Shown: positions 50,136 to 60,771 of the stretch, in pieces | Numbering within the stretch: the stretch's first letter is position 1 | Layout: each line of letters begins with the position of its first letter | Origin: Candidatus Eiseniibacteriota bacterium | Lineage (GTDB): Bacteria > Eisenbacteria > RBG-16-71-46 > CAIMUX01 > VGJL01 | Direction of reading: 5' to 3' | DNA: 64,000 nt | NCBI GenBank assembly: GCA_963792585.1 | Contig: CAWBWI010000003.1 | Span: 832,001 to 896,000, forward strand | Notes under the pieces: generated by a model | Told to the model about the DNA's origin: nothing | Seen by the model: the letters and a program-made list of their open reading frames with translations, nothing else | The model's database searches: none | Position numbers and translations under genes: made by a program

Positions 50136-50989
50136 GCCGCGACCCCGTCGATGGGGGCCGGCTGTTCGGCCGAGCGAGGCGCGACGAGCGCGCGGGCTTC
50201 CAGATCCTCCGGCACTTCCTGGCCGTTGGCGATCCAGCGGATCGGTAGGCGGTACTCGGAAGCGAATCGGAAGGTTGTCTCGTCTTCCGGATACTCGTCC
50301 AGCTTCGTCACGAGCATGTGCGTGAGCCCGTAGTCACGGTGCGCCTCGATCGCGCGGCGGATGCGTTGCGGCTGGAGTCCCGCGGGAAGGGTCAGATGGA
50401 CCTCCGTCGGGCGTATCCATGAGAGCTGTCGTTGGGTCGCCGCCGCATCGGCCTGTCCGCGCGGTCCGCGACCGGGCGTATCGACGAGGATGACCTCGCA
50501 CTTGCGGAGCCTGCCGAGCGCGCGGGGGACCTCGGTCTGCTCGTAGACGATCTCGATCGGCGCGCGGGAGAGTTCCGCGAAGATCTGGATCTGCTCGATC
50601 GCGCCGATCCGGTACGTATCCAGGCAGATGATGCCCACGCTGCGTCCGCCGAAGGCGTCGGGATGGTTCGCGAGCTTCGCGATGGTCGTCGTCTTGCCCG
50701 CGCCCGTCGGGCCCACGAGCGCGATGACGGCCTTGCCGGAGCGGTCCTCCCGCGGAGCGATTCGCGCTGGCGGAGGAGTCGGCGCGTTCTTCGCCGTCGT
50801 CTCGCCCCCCATGCCCGAGTTGCGCCAGAGGGCCGCGGTTGCGGGATCGGCGGCGATCAGCTCGAACGGCGCCGTCCTGCCGCCGTCGGTGCGGCGGACC
50901 GAAATGACGATCGCGTCGTCGCCGATTCGCCGGTGAGCCTCGGCGAGGAGGTGCGGGATGTTCGGGCCGGAGAGGGTCTCAAGCGGCAT
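50132..50989 (-). CDS. flhF: SRP-type GTPase FlhF (compact)
   Basis: GPTGAGKTTTIAKLA, DTYRIGAIEQ, DTPG, TKLDE, NGQEVPEDL. Confidence 0.92.
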   Translation of the reverse strand: MPLETLSGPNIPHLLAEAHRRIGDDAIVISVRRTDGGRTAPFELIAADPATAALWRNSGMGGETTAKNAPTPPPARIAPREDRSGKAVIALVGPTGAGKTTTIAKLANHPDAFGGRSVGIICLDTYRIGAIEQIQIFAELSRAPIEIVYEQTEVPRALGRLRKCEVILVDTPGRGPRGQADAAATQRQLSWIRPTEVHLTLPAGLQPQRIRRAIEAHRDYGLTHMLVTKLDEYPEDETTFRFASEYRLPIRWIANGQEVPEDLEARALVAPRSAEQPAPIDGVAA

Positions 50990-53160
50990 CGGGCAACTCC
51001 CATGTGCCGATCGTCTGGATCGGCGTCTGTGCCGGCAGCTCCGCGAGCGAGATGACCGGGAGGCGCGGCATCGTGGGTTCGATCAGTCTGCGGATGCCGA
51101 TCCGCAGCGCCGGCGGCGTGATGAGCGGCGGCGTCGGGCCGTTCTTGCGCGCGGAGGCGACCGTCCGGGCGAGCGACTCGAGCGCGCCGGAGAGCTGCTC
51201 GGGCTCGATCGTTTTCGCCCCTTCGCGGCTGCGCGGGCTGAAGAGCTGCATCAGGGCCACCTCGAGCTTCGGCCCGACGGTGATCGCCTGGATCGGGCCG
51301 TCACGGCTGCCGACGACCTGCGTGATCACCAGGGGAAGGGAACGGCGGACGTGCTCGGCGAGAACCTCCGGGTCCTTGCTCTGGTCGGCTGCGTCCGAGA
51401 GCGATTCGAGGATGGTGACGAGGTCGCGGATCGGGATTCCTTCCCGCAGCAGCCGCTGCAGGACACGGTGCGTGGTTCCGAGCGATACGCGATTGGGGAC
51501 CACGTCCTCGATGAGCGCGGGATGGGTTTCCTTCAATCCGTCGAGCAACTCGCGGACATTCTGACGGTTCAGGAGTTCGGACGCGTGCGCGCGGATCGTC
51601 TCCATCAGGTGCGTCGAGAGCACCGTTGCCGGTTCGACCACGGTGTAGCCCTGAGCCTCGGCGCTGATGCGCCGATCGGGGGAGATCCACACCGACGGGA
51701 TGCCGAAGGTCGGATCGGTCGTCTGGATTCCCTCCAGACGGGCGGCGACCCCGGCCGTGTTGAGCGCGAGCATCTGGCGCGGGAGCAACTCGCTCGCCCG
51801 CCACGCGCGCCCCGCGCAGCTTGATCACATACTCGTTGGGGCCGAGCTGGATGTTGTCGCGGATGCGAACCGACGGCACGATCATGCCCAGCTCGAAGGC
51901 GAGTTGCTTGCGCATGATCCCGATTCGCTGGAGCAGGTCGCCGCGCTGGCCCTCGTCGACGAGGGGAACGAGGCCGTAACCGATCTCCATCTCGAGCGGC
52001 TCGACCGCCAGGATCTCACGCACGGGCGGAGCGCCCGTCGGACCGCCGGCACCGGACGGCTTCGCCGCGTCGGTCGTCTCGTCCTCGGCGTCCTGCCTGG
52101 CGGACGCGCGCTTGCCGGCCTGATACGCGACCCCGCAGGTCACGCCCGCAAGCATGAGGAACGGGATCGCGGGCAGGCCGGGAACGAGCGCGAAAAGGCC
52201 GAGGATCGCTCCCGCCGTCCAGATGGCGCGGGGATTGCGGGTCAGCTGCTGGCCGATCGACGAGCCCATGCCCGTGCCCGTGGATCCGTAGGTCACCAGC
52301 ATGCCGGCCGCCGTGCTGACGATCAGTGCCGGAATCTGGGTGACCAGGCCGTCACCGACGGTCAGCGAGCTGTAGGTCGTCAACGCTTCGCCCGCGCTCA
52401 GACCGCGCTGGGTCATTCCGATGATGAAGCCGCCGATCAGGTTGATCAGCGTGATGACGAGTCCAGCGACGGCATCGCCGCGCACGAACTTCGCGGCGCC
52501 GTCCATCGACCCGTAGAAGTCGGCGTAGCGGCTGATCTCGTCCCGCCGCCGGCGCGCCTCGGATTCGTCGATCAGCCCGGCGCCCAGGTCGGCGTCGATG
52601 CTCATCTGCCGCCCCGGCATCGCGTCCAGGGTGAAGCGGGCCGCGACCTCGGCGATGCGCCCGGCGCCCTTGGTGATGACGATGAAGTTGATCACGACCA
52701 GGATCAGGAAGATCACGAGGCCGACGACGACATTGCCGCCGATCACGAAGTTGCCGAACGCGGCGATCACCTTGCCCGCGTGTCCCTGGCTCAGGATCAG
52801 GCGCGTGCTGCTGACGTTGAGGCCGAGGCGGAAGAGCGTGATCAGCAGGAGCAGGCTCGGGAAGATGCTGAACTCGAGCGGATCCCGCGTCGAGACGGTC
52901 ACGAGCAGCACGATGATCGAGAGCGCGAAGGAGAGGGCGAGCAGCATGTCGAGCATGAAGGGCGGCAGCGGCAGGATCAGGAGCGCCACCACGGCCACGA
53001 CGCCGATCGCGAGGTAGGTCTCGGCCGCCGCCGCGAGACTCGGGCGCCGGCTGATCTGCGCGCCCCGGGAGGCGCCCTTCACGGAGACGGCTCCGCCTCC
53101 TCCTCCACCCAAACTTGCCCGCACGGCGGCGGGCGCCTCGGTCATGTGCAGTGCGCTCAC
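50979..53160 (-). CDS. flhA: Flagellar export gate FlhA (one frameshift near 51795)
   Basis: RLGLNVSSTRLIL, TKGAGRIAEVAARFTLDAMPG.QMSIDADL, FYGSMDGA.KFVRGDA; C-terminal half continues in ORF 50979-51788. Confidence 0.95.
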
Positions 53161-54284
53161 GCATTCCTCCCGGCAACGAGGGCGATATCAGATGCGGATG
53201 TGACGGTTCCTGCGATGCTCGCTCGGTGGCGATAGACGAAGGCCAGGATCTCGGCCACGGCTGCGTAGAGCGCCGGTGGGATCGGCTTGCCGACGACCGC
53301 GGTGGCGAGCAGGGCGCGGGCCACCGGCTTGTTCTCGAGGACCGGAACACGCGCGCCGAGGGCGATCGCCTTGATGCGCTCCGCGAGCTTGCGTTGCCCC
53401 ATCGCCACCACGATCGGGGCGGGCGCCTCGTCGGTGTCGTACTTCAGAGCGATGGCGATCTCGGTCGGGTTGACGATCACGACATCGGCGTCGGGCACCG
53501 CCTGGATCATTCGCCTGCGGGCGAGCGCGCGTCCCATCGCCCGGATGCGGCCCTTGATCATCGGATCGCCTTCGGACTCGCGTTGCTCGAGGATGACCTC
53601 CTGCCGGGTCATCCGCAGGTTCTTCTCCATCTTGAACCACTGGTAGCCGTAGTCGATCGCCGCGACCACGAGGAAGGCCATCCCGGTCATGACCGCGAGC
53701 CGCAGCAGGAGGTTGCGCAGGACCATCGCGATGTCGGCCGGGGTGGTGTCGACGAGACTGACCAGCTCCGGCCAGCTTCGGGAGATCACCGTGTAGGTGA
53801 TCACGGCGAGCACTGCGAGCTTCGCCAGCGACTTTCCGAGGGTGAAGATCGCCTCTCCGTTGACGATCCGTTTCATCCCGGCGATCGGATCCACGTGCGA
53901 CCACTTCGGCTCGATCGACTTGAACGAGACGACGCCGCGGGCCTGGATCAGGTTGACGAAGAGGACGATGCCGGCGAGACCGATCAGGAACGGAAGGCAC
54001 GCGAGGACGAACCCGCCCGCGGCGGTCCGCAGGATCGTGATGCCCGAGCCGGTGGTGATCGGGTCGCTCGAGAGCCAGTTCGCCGATTCGCGCGTGAGGC
54101 GGGTCGCGTACCCCGAGAGGCTGCGCGCTCCGACCGTCGCCAGGATGACGGCGCCGCCGAGAAGAACCGCCGCCGCGGACAGCTCGACGCTCCGCGCGAT
54201 CTGCCCTTCCTCCCTCGCCTGCTCACGCCGGCGCGGGGTTGGGCTTTCAGTCCTCTCTTGAGAGCTGTTCTCTTCGGGCGCCAT
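53157..54284 (-). CDS. flhB: Flagellar export switch FlhB
   Basis: ERTESPTPRR..AREEGQ, EGDP.IKGR, NPTE cleavage motif variant, ENKPVARAL. Confidence 0.96.
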   Translation of the reverse strand: MAPEENSSQERTESPTPRRREQAREEGQIARSVELSAAAVLLGGAVILATVGARSLSGYATRLTRESANWLSSDPITTGSGITILRTAAGGFVLACLPFLIGLAGIVLFVNLIQARGVVSFKSIEPKWSHVDPIAGMKRIVNGEAIFTLGKSLAKLAVLAVITYTVISRSWPELVSLVDTTPADIAMVLRNLLLRLAVMTGMAFLVVAAIDYGYQWFKMEKNLRMTRQEVILEQRESEGDPMIKGRIRAMGRALARRRMIQAVPDADVVIVNPTEIAIALKYDTDEAPAPIVVAMGQRKLAERIKAIALGARVPVLENKPVARALLATAVVGKPIPPALYAAVAEILAFVYRHRASIAGTVTSASDIALVAGRNA

Positions 54285-54287
54285 CGG

Positions 54288-55086
54288 TTACGGCCCCACC
54301 GGGTGGAAGCTGTCGACCGCTCGAAGGACGTCGGCGGGAAGCGCGTTCATCCAGCCGCCGATGTTGTTGGCGAGGAACGGGAGCGCGGCGCCGAGCATGA
54401 TCAGTCCGACCCCGATCGTGAGGGGAAGGGCCACCATCATCGCGTTCAACTGCGGAACGGCGCGGTTGAGGATCGCGAGGGCGACGTTGGTCAGCAAGAG
54501 CGCCACCATGACCGGGCTCGCCGTCCGGATCGCCGTCGAGAAGAGCGAACCGAAGAGGAGAATGCAATTGCTGCCGCTGTCGAGACCGACGGACGCGCCC
54601 GGCGGAATGCTTTGCAGGCTCTCGGCCAGTCCCCGCAACAGCATCAGGTGCCCGCCCACCGCGATGTAGATCAGGAGGCGCGAGGAGGCCCTTGATCTGC
54701 CCGACGCCCGAGACCTCCAGGTCAGCCATCGGCGAGAGGGCCGGCCCGAGAGCGAGTCCCATCTGGATGGCGACGATCTCGCCCGCGTAGGCGACACCCT
54801 GGACGATCACCGCGGCGGTGAGCCCGATGGCGACGCCGATCAGGACTTCCATCGCGAGGGGAATCGGCAGTCGAGCATCGCCGCCTCCGGCATCGTTACG
54901 CGCGGCGTGACCGGCAAGAGCATGATCGCAAAGAGGACGATCGCCGCGCCCCGGATCGTCCGCGGGAGCATCGACATCGACCAGAGCGGTCCGACCATCA
55001 TCAGACCGGTCAGCCGGGCCGTCACGAAGACGAACGTCGGCCAGTTGCCGGGTGCGAGGACGCCTGCTGATGAAATCGGGCATCAT
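54288..55086 (-). CDS. fliR: FliR (about three frameshifts)
   Basis: ARLTGL..GP, EVLIG..IGL, AGE....QMGL, GGHL.LL..L..S, LNRAVPQLN across frames. Confidence 0.88.
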
Positions 55087-55352
55087 CCCACCAGGGTCCC
55101 GAAGGTGTGGAGGATGCCGACGAGGTAATCGATCAGCCGGGACAGGATCCAGGGCAGTGTGATCATGAAGACCACCGCCATGGCGAGCAGCTTCGGGATG
55201 AACGTCAGCGTCTGCTCCTGGATCTGGGTCACGGCCTGGATGAGGCTCACGACCACGCCCACGAGCAGGGCGGTGACCAGCATCGGGGCGGCGACGAGCA
55301 GCGCCAGCGTGACGGCGCGGCGGAGCAGCTCGACGGCGAAGTCGGGTGTCAT
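55083..55352 (-). CDS. fliQ: FliQ
   Basis: LVGVVVSLIQAVTQIQEQTLTFIPKL. Confidence 0.96.
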   Translation of the reverse strand: MTPDFAVELLRRAVTLALLVAAPMLVTALLVGVVVSLIQAVTQIQEQTLTFIPKLLAMAVVFMITLPWILSRLIDYLVGILHTFGTLVG

Positions 55353-55358
55353 CGCGAC

Positions 55359-56190
55359 CTACCGGAAGCTCATGACGAGGTTCTGGACGACGAGCGTCCA
55401 GCCGTCGGCGAGGACGAACAGCAGCAGCTTGAACGGCAGGGAGACCATCATCGGCGGCAGCATGAACATGCCCAGGCTCATCAGCACCGACGCGACGATG
55501 ATGTCGACGACGATGAACGGCAGGAAGATCACGAAGCCCATCTGGAACGCGGTGCGCAGCTCGCTGGTCACGAAGGCGGACACCAGGGTGACCGTCGGCA
55601 TCTCCTCGGCCGAGGCGACGATCTTCCTTGCCCGAAAGCTCGGCGAACGTCGCGAGGTCCTTCTCGCGCGTGTTCGCCAGCATGAACTCGCGGAACGGCT
55701 GCACGCCCTGGTTGATAGGCCTCGACCTGCGTGATCTGGCCCTCCAGGTAGGGCTGCAGGGCGTCGCGGTTGGCTTGCTGCAGGACCGGGTCCATGACGA
55801 CGCCGGTCAGCAGCACCGCCAGCGCCACCAGCAAGCTGGGCCGGCGGCGCGGTCTGGGTGCCGATGGCGGGCCGCAGGAAGTGCAGCACGATCAGGATGC
55901 GCGTGAAGCTGGTCATCAGCAGGAACAGCGCGGGCAGCAGCGTCAGGACGCCGATCAGGACCACGAGGCCGACGGCGCCGGTCAGGTGGAGCGCATTGGT
56001 GCCCATCCCCGACCTTGATGTCGACTTGGGGGACGATCGGCTGGGCGGGTCCGGTCACGGTGGGGCCGGCCGCGAGAACCGCCTGCGCGACCGGATATGC
56101 CGGGTTCGCCCCGGATGCCGGCGTGGGCGCCAGAGAGCCGGCGAGCGCAGCCGCGAGGATGAGCCCGAACCCCAGCAGCTTCGACCACTT
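55359..56190 (-). CDS. fliP: FliP (several frameshifts; may be fused to upstream FliO)
   Basis: MTSFTRILIV, AIGTQTAPP, ALQPY, SELRTAFQMGF, GMFMLPP..VSLPFKLLLFVLADGW; 5' boundary approximate. Confidence 0.9.
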
Positions 56191-56508
56191 GATGGCGCCG
56201 ACTCTGCCGATCGGACGTGCGGGCTGCGGGGGATGCAACGCCTCCTCGAGCGTCTGCTCGGTCAGCTCGGTCAGAAACTGCGCCCCCTTGTCGTGCGGTC
56301 GAGAGGACCAGCACGCGATCACCGACACGCAGCAGCACAACCCCTTGCTTGGGCCCGATCGAGATCCTCTTGAGGACGGTCAACGGCACGCCCGCGCCGC
56401 CGCCGGTCCCCGCTCCCTGAATCCGCTTGAGCAGGAAGACGGCCACGGCGAGCATGCCGAGGGTGACGGCGAGCGCCCCGATGACGCTGATCAGACCCGA
56501 CCCGATCA
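56190..56508 (-). CDS. fliO: FliO-like protein (boundaries approximate)
   Basis: TM helix followed by 'LTVLKRISIGPKQGVVLLRVGDRVLVL', located between fliN and fliP. Confidence 0.75.
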
Positions 56509-56836
56509 CGACGACGGACTCGTCGCCCGTGTTGGAAAGCAGCCGCGTGATCCGGATGCCGAAGTGCTCGCCGACCACGACCACCTCGCCCTGTGCCAGC
56601 CTTCGATTGCTGACGTAGATGTCGACCGGCTCGCCGACCATTCGATCGAGCTGGATAACCGACCCGACTCCCAGCTCGAGGACTTCCTGGATGGTCATGC
56701 TGGTCCGACCGATCTCGATCACCACCGGCATCGGAACGTCCATGAGCGCGGCGAGCGCGGTCGATTGCGCCGCGGATTCATCGGTTCCGACCTCGTGCAA
56801 TGCAGGGGCCCAATCAGACCGGGTTTCGTCCGCCAT
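56505..56836 (-). CDS. fliN: C-ring protein FliN (stop codon out of frame in this assembly)
   Basis: LMDVPMPVVIEIGRT, LELGVGSVIQLD, GEPVDIYV, GEVVVVGEHFGIRIT. Confidence 0.92.
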
Positions 56837-57835
56837 CAGATCACTCTCCCTTCCCGTATGTGGCCCTGCCGGCGCGATGCCGAGCCCAGGACCGACTGCG
56901 CGAGCCGTAGACCGACCTGGTTCTTGATCTGACCGGTCGTGCCGAGGAACCAGGGACGCCTGTTGACGAAGACCTCGACCGGACTGTCGATGTAGTGGGG
57001 CGTGAGAATCGTCTGGCCGACCTTCAAACCGGAGAGCGCGCGGGCGCTGAGGGAACACGCGGGCATACGGGCGGTGATCGCGACCCGTGCGTGCTTGCAG
57101 ACCGGACTCTTCCAGGGCCGCGGGCGCGGCCCAGGCGGTGAGACCGCTGGGCGCGTTCGGTCCCGTTCGGTCGTGCAGGACCGGCTCGACAACATCCATC
57201 GTGAAGCAGGTCGTGACGTATCCTGTGACGCCGCCCGAGCGGATTTCGAAGTTCGCCAGGAGGATCGGATCGTCGGGGTTCGCGATCTCGAGCATTTCCG
57301 GGTCCGACTCGTACCGCACGATCTCGGGCTCGATCGTGAGCTGTTCCCGCCACGCGTCGCGCATGATCGCCAAGGTGCGCTCGGCGATGGCGCGGACCAC
57401 CCCCTGCTCGAGGATCGTCAGGCTTCGCTTCAAGGCGTCCGATTGACCCGGGCCTCCGAGGAGGCGATCGACCAGGTGAAGCGCGAATGGGGCGCTGAAG
57501 TCGAGGACTCCGTGCACGCCCCCCGATGGTCCTGCTCGGAAGATGAACGCGGCGCAGGGGGAGGCGAGGACCATCTTGAACTCCGCGAAGGTCAGCGACT
57601 CCACGCTGGAGATCACGACGTCCGTCGGGGCGCGAAGGCGCGCCGCGAGCATTCCTTGAAGCCCGAGCGCAAAGCGGTCGTGCATGATCGCGAGGACCTT
57701 GCGACGGTGGTGCGGGACCCGCGGTGGGCGGAGGAAGCTGTAAGAAACGACCGTCGATTCCGCGCTCGAGCGCGCGTAGCCCTCATCGCCCCTCATGAGG
57801 GCGTCGATGTCCTGTTGCCGCAGAAATTCGCTCAT
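56836..57835 (-). CDS. fliM: C-ring protein FliM (one frameshift near 57095)
   Basis: MSEFLRQQDIDALM, YSFLRP, VDRLLGG.G, LTILEQ; SpoA-like end 'LKVGQTI..P' in the shifted frame. Confidence 0.9.
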
Positions 57836-57844
57836 CGGCGGCGC

Positions 57845-58477
57845 CTACTGGATCACGAACTGCGGAAGGTAAACGCGCATCTCCGCGTCTTCCGCGTAGG
57901 GCGCGATCACTGCGGCGAGCCGGGATCTCAGGCTGTCCCGAGCGCCCGGCCGCGTGAGCATCTCCATCGACTGGTTTTCGAGGACCGAGATGACCTGGTC
58001 GCGGATGGCGATGTCGTTGGCCCGGAGCATCTCCTCGACCTTCGGGTCGTCGAACTCGAAGGCCACGGAGGCCATCAGGAAACGACTGCCCTCGGTTCCC
58101 GCCGGGTTCACGATCAAGTTCTCGATCTTGAGGACCGACCCCTCGGCTTTTCCCTCCTTGCTCGAGTGCTTCCCCTCCTTCACTTTCTTGCCCTTCTTCG
58201 CGGTCGTCTCGGTGCCCTTCGTTTCCTTCGCCTTCTCGGCGGCTTTGCCGATTCCCTGCTTGGTCGGCTCGGAAGGCTTGGCGACGCGGGCGGCGTTGAT
58301 CTTCGGGCCGAGCACGAGACCCCCTCCGGCCCCGCCGAGGAGCACGCCTCCGGCGATCACCCCGATCAGGATCAGCTGCTTGGTGCGGCCGGACGATCCT
58401 GTCCCGTCGCCGGTGGATTCCGAGTTCGCGTGTTTCGAGGAAGGCGATTCGGGCTCGGGCTTGTTCTTCTCTGCCAT
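57845..58477 (-). CDS. fliL: Basal-body protein FliL
   Basis: Single TM; 'IENLIVNPA...RFL', 'IRDQVISVL', 'VYLPQFVIQ'. Confidence 0.92.
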   Translation of the reverse strand: MAEKNKPEPESPSSKHANSESTGDGTGSSGRTKQLILIGVIAGGVLLGGAGGGLVLGPKINAARVAKPSEPTKQGIGKAAEKAKETKGTETTAKKGKKVKEGKHSSKEGKAEGSVLKIENLIVNPAGTEGSRFLMASVAFEFDDPKVEEMLRANDIAIRDQVISVLENQSMEMLTRPGARDSLRSRLAAVIAPYAEDAEMRVYLPQFVIQ

Positions 58478-58536
58478 CGTTTCTCGATCCTCTGTTTGGT
58501 TTCGGGGCGGCGCATTCCTAGGCCCCGGGGTCTCTA

Positions 58537-58553
58537 GGCAAGCGACGTGCCAC
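58537..58553 (-). promoter_or_regulatory. sigma54 promoter for the fliL-fliA operon
   Basis: Minus strand GTGGCACGTCGCTTGCC = TGGCAC-N5-TTGC. Confidence 0.85.
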
Positions 58554-58792
58554 GATTCGGGACTCCCCGGGCCTTTTGCGTTGGCGGAATCGGAATCGGC
58601 GTGGATCTTGAAACTATTGCAATGGCAATGAGTTATGGGTTGGGCGAGGGCGTCTTCTCACTGCGGATCGAGACGCCACGCTCCTCACCCGGGGTGGTGG
58701 GCAGGGAGTTCAGAAACTCTTGCCGGTATGCACCGGCGGAACTTGCCGTTCGGTGGAGGGGCCGTCCGGCTCCCCCCACCAAACGAGGATGA

Positions 58793-60037
58793 CTAGCGGA
58801 GCAGTCCGACGACCTCGTTGAGCATCTCGTCGGCGGTCGCGACGATCCGCGCGCTCGCCTGGAAGCCCCGCTGGGTGATGATCATGTCGCTGAATTCCTG
58901 CGAGATGTCCACGTTCGAACCTTCGAGGGCCCCGGAGGCGATCGAGGATCCGGACCCGCCGATCGCGAAGCCGATCGTGGCGGGACCCGAGTCGGCCGAC
59001 TCGGCATAGAGGGCGTCGCCCGACCGGACCAAGCCGTCCGGGTTGTTGAACGCGGCCACGGCAATCTTACCGAATACCTGGGTAGCGCCGTTCGAGAAGG
59101 CGCCGGTGATCGAGCCGGTCGCGTCGATGCTGATGCCCGAGAGGGTCCCGGCCGTCCTGCCGTTCTGGCCCCGGGTCGAGGCGCTGGAGGCGCCCGCGAA
59201 GGAGGACAGGCCTGCGCCGTCCGTGGAGGCCTCGGCCAGGATGGACACGTTGATCGACCCCCCGCCCGCCGTGGGCAGGGTGAGGCCGGCCGCCCCGTCC
59301 GGGTGGGTGAAGGCCGTGAGCTTCCCGTCGGCGTCAAAGGTAGCCGTCCCATCGGCCGTGGCGGTGACGTCGGTGCCGTCGCACGACGCCTTCCATGTCC
59401 AGGAGCCGGGGCTCACGTTCGTGAAGGTGATCGACAGATCGTGCGCGGCCCCGCTCGCGTCGTAGGCGGTGCCACCGACGACCCGGGTCGTGCCGGCCGC
59501 GGCGGTGGCGTCCAAGTTGCCGCCGATCCGGATCTCACTCGTCGCGCGGGCTGCGGAGACCGCGTCGAGGGGGATCACCAAATCCCCGATCGTCGCGGCC
59601 GAACCCACGGTGCCGTCCGCCGCTGCGGCTGCGCCCTGCAGGACCGACCCGCCCCCCGGCAGGAGCAGGTGGCCCAGAGCGTCCAGCTGGAAGTCGCCGG
59701 CGCGCGTATAGGCGATGCGGTCGCCGTCACGCACGACGAAGAGTCCCCTCCCCTGAATGGCCAGGTCGAACGTACGCCCCGTGCTCTCGAGCGCTCCTTG
59801 CGTGAAGACCGACCCGATGCTCCCGATGCCGGCGCCGGTGCCGACCTCGAGCGCGCGGGGCGCGCCGCTGCCGGAGGTCGTCCCGGCCATCATCTTCTGC
59901 GCGAACGCTTCCTTGAAGGAGACCCTCGATGCCTTGAAGCCCAGGGTGTTCGCGTTGGCGATGTTGTCGCCGATCACATCCATTCGGACCTGGTGGCTGC
60001 GGAGTCCCGACAGTCCTGCGAGCAGGGCGCGCATCAT
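58793..60037 (-). CDS. flgE: Flagellar hook protein FlgE
   Basis: MDVIGDNIANANTLGFKASR, TG..FDLAIQG.G.F, YTRAGDF, GALEGSNVD...EF..MI..QRGFQA. Confidence 0.94.
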   Translation of the reverse strand: MMRALLAGLSGLRSHQVRMDVIGDNIANANTLGFKASRVSFKEAFAQKMMAGTTSGSGAPRALEVGTGAGIGSIGSVFTQGALESTGRTFDLAIQGRGLFVVRDGDRIAYTRAGDFQLDALGHLLLPGGGSVLQGAAAAADGTVGSAATIGDLVIPLDAVSAARATSEIRIGGNLDATAAAGTTRVVGGTAYDASGAAHDLSITFTNVSPGSWTWKASCDGTDVTATADGTATFDADGKLTAFTHPDGAAGLTLPTAGGGSINVSILAEASTDGAGLSSFAGASSASTRGQNGRTAGTLSGISIDATGSITGAFSNGATQVFGKIAVAAFNNPDGLVRSGDALYAESADSGPATIGFAIGGSGSSIASGALEGSNVDISQEFSDMIITQRGFQASARIVATADEMLNEVVGLLR

Positions 60038-60756
60038 GACTTCAACTCGCTTTCCAGGGGCAGGAACCCCTTCGCGGCAGCCAACGACTGAGGCGGATTG
60101 TTTGCCGGTCCGATCTCGACGACGTCATCCATCGAGATCTCCATGCCGTCGATCTCGAGGATGATCTCGCCGTCGCGGAAGAGGATCCCCGCGACGGTTC
60201 CCCGGGAGTAGGTCGTCACCTCGACCGACTCGCCGGCGGCGTCCTTGACCTCGAGCGAGTAGGTGTAGTTGCCGGCGGGCAGATCGTCGGGGAGCGTGAG
60301 CGTTTGCTTGCCGCCGTCCACGACCCCGAGATCGCGGGTCGCGACGACCCGTCCCGTGGAGTCCCGGAGGTTCAAGGTCGCGGTCCCGCCGCCCGCGCCC
60401 ACCTCGACCCGAATCGCCGCTTGTCCCGACGAGGGCACATGAACCTTGTCGCCGGTGGCGACCACACCCCTCCCGACGAGCGAAGAACTGAAGGCGGCCT
60501 TGGTCATGATCGTCGCCAGCTCGACGGACTGGGTCTGGATGGCGAGCTGATCGTTCAGCTGGGACAGTTGCTCGACGTTGGAGAAGGACGCGAGCTGCGC
60601 GGCAAACTCCTGCGGTTCGAGTGGATTGAGTGGATTTTGGTATCGCAATTGGGTCAGAAGTAGCTGCATAAACTCATTCTTACCCAAAGAAGTGCGACCG
60701 CTCGCCTCGGACGTCGAGGTTGTCGTCGAGCTGACCGTGTTGTTCGTGTCGATCAT
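60034..60756 (-). CDS. flgD: Hook-capping protein FlgD
   Basis: LGKNEFMQLLLTQLRYQNPLNP...EFAAQLASFS.VEQL. Confidence 0.93.
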   Translation of the reverse strand: MIDTNNTVSSTTTSTSEASGRTSLGKNEFMQLLLTQLRYQNPLNPLEPQEFAAQLASFSNVEQLSQLNDQLAIQTQSVELATIMTKAAFSSSLVGRGVVATGDKVHVPSSGQAAIRVEVGAGGGTATLNLRDSTGRVVATRDLGVVDGGKQTLTLPDDLPAGNYTYSLEVKDAAGESVEVTTYSRGTVAGILFRDGEIILEIDGMEISMDDVVEIGPANNPPQSLAAAKGFLPLESELKS

Positions 60757-60771
60757 CGTCGGCCTTCCTTT

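Noticed and set aside
55982..57835. 617-aa FliM-FliN-FliO fusion ORF in the ORF track
   Set aside because: FliM shifts frame near 57095 and ends at 56836 with a TGATG overlap to fliN. Removing one C near 56516 gives 'gag tcg tcg tcg TGA' with a GTGA overlap to fliO, so the fusion is best explained by indel errors.
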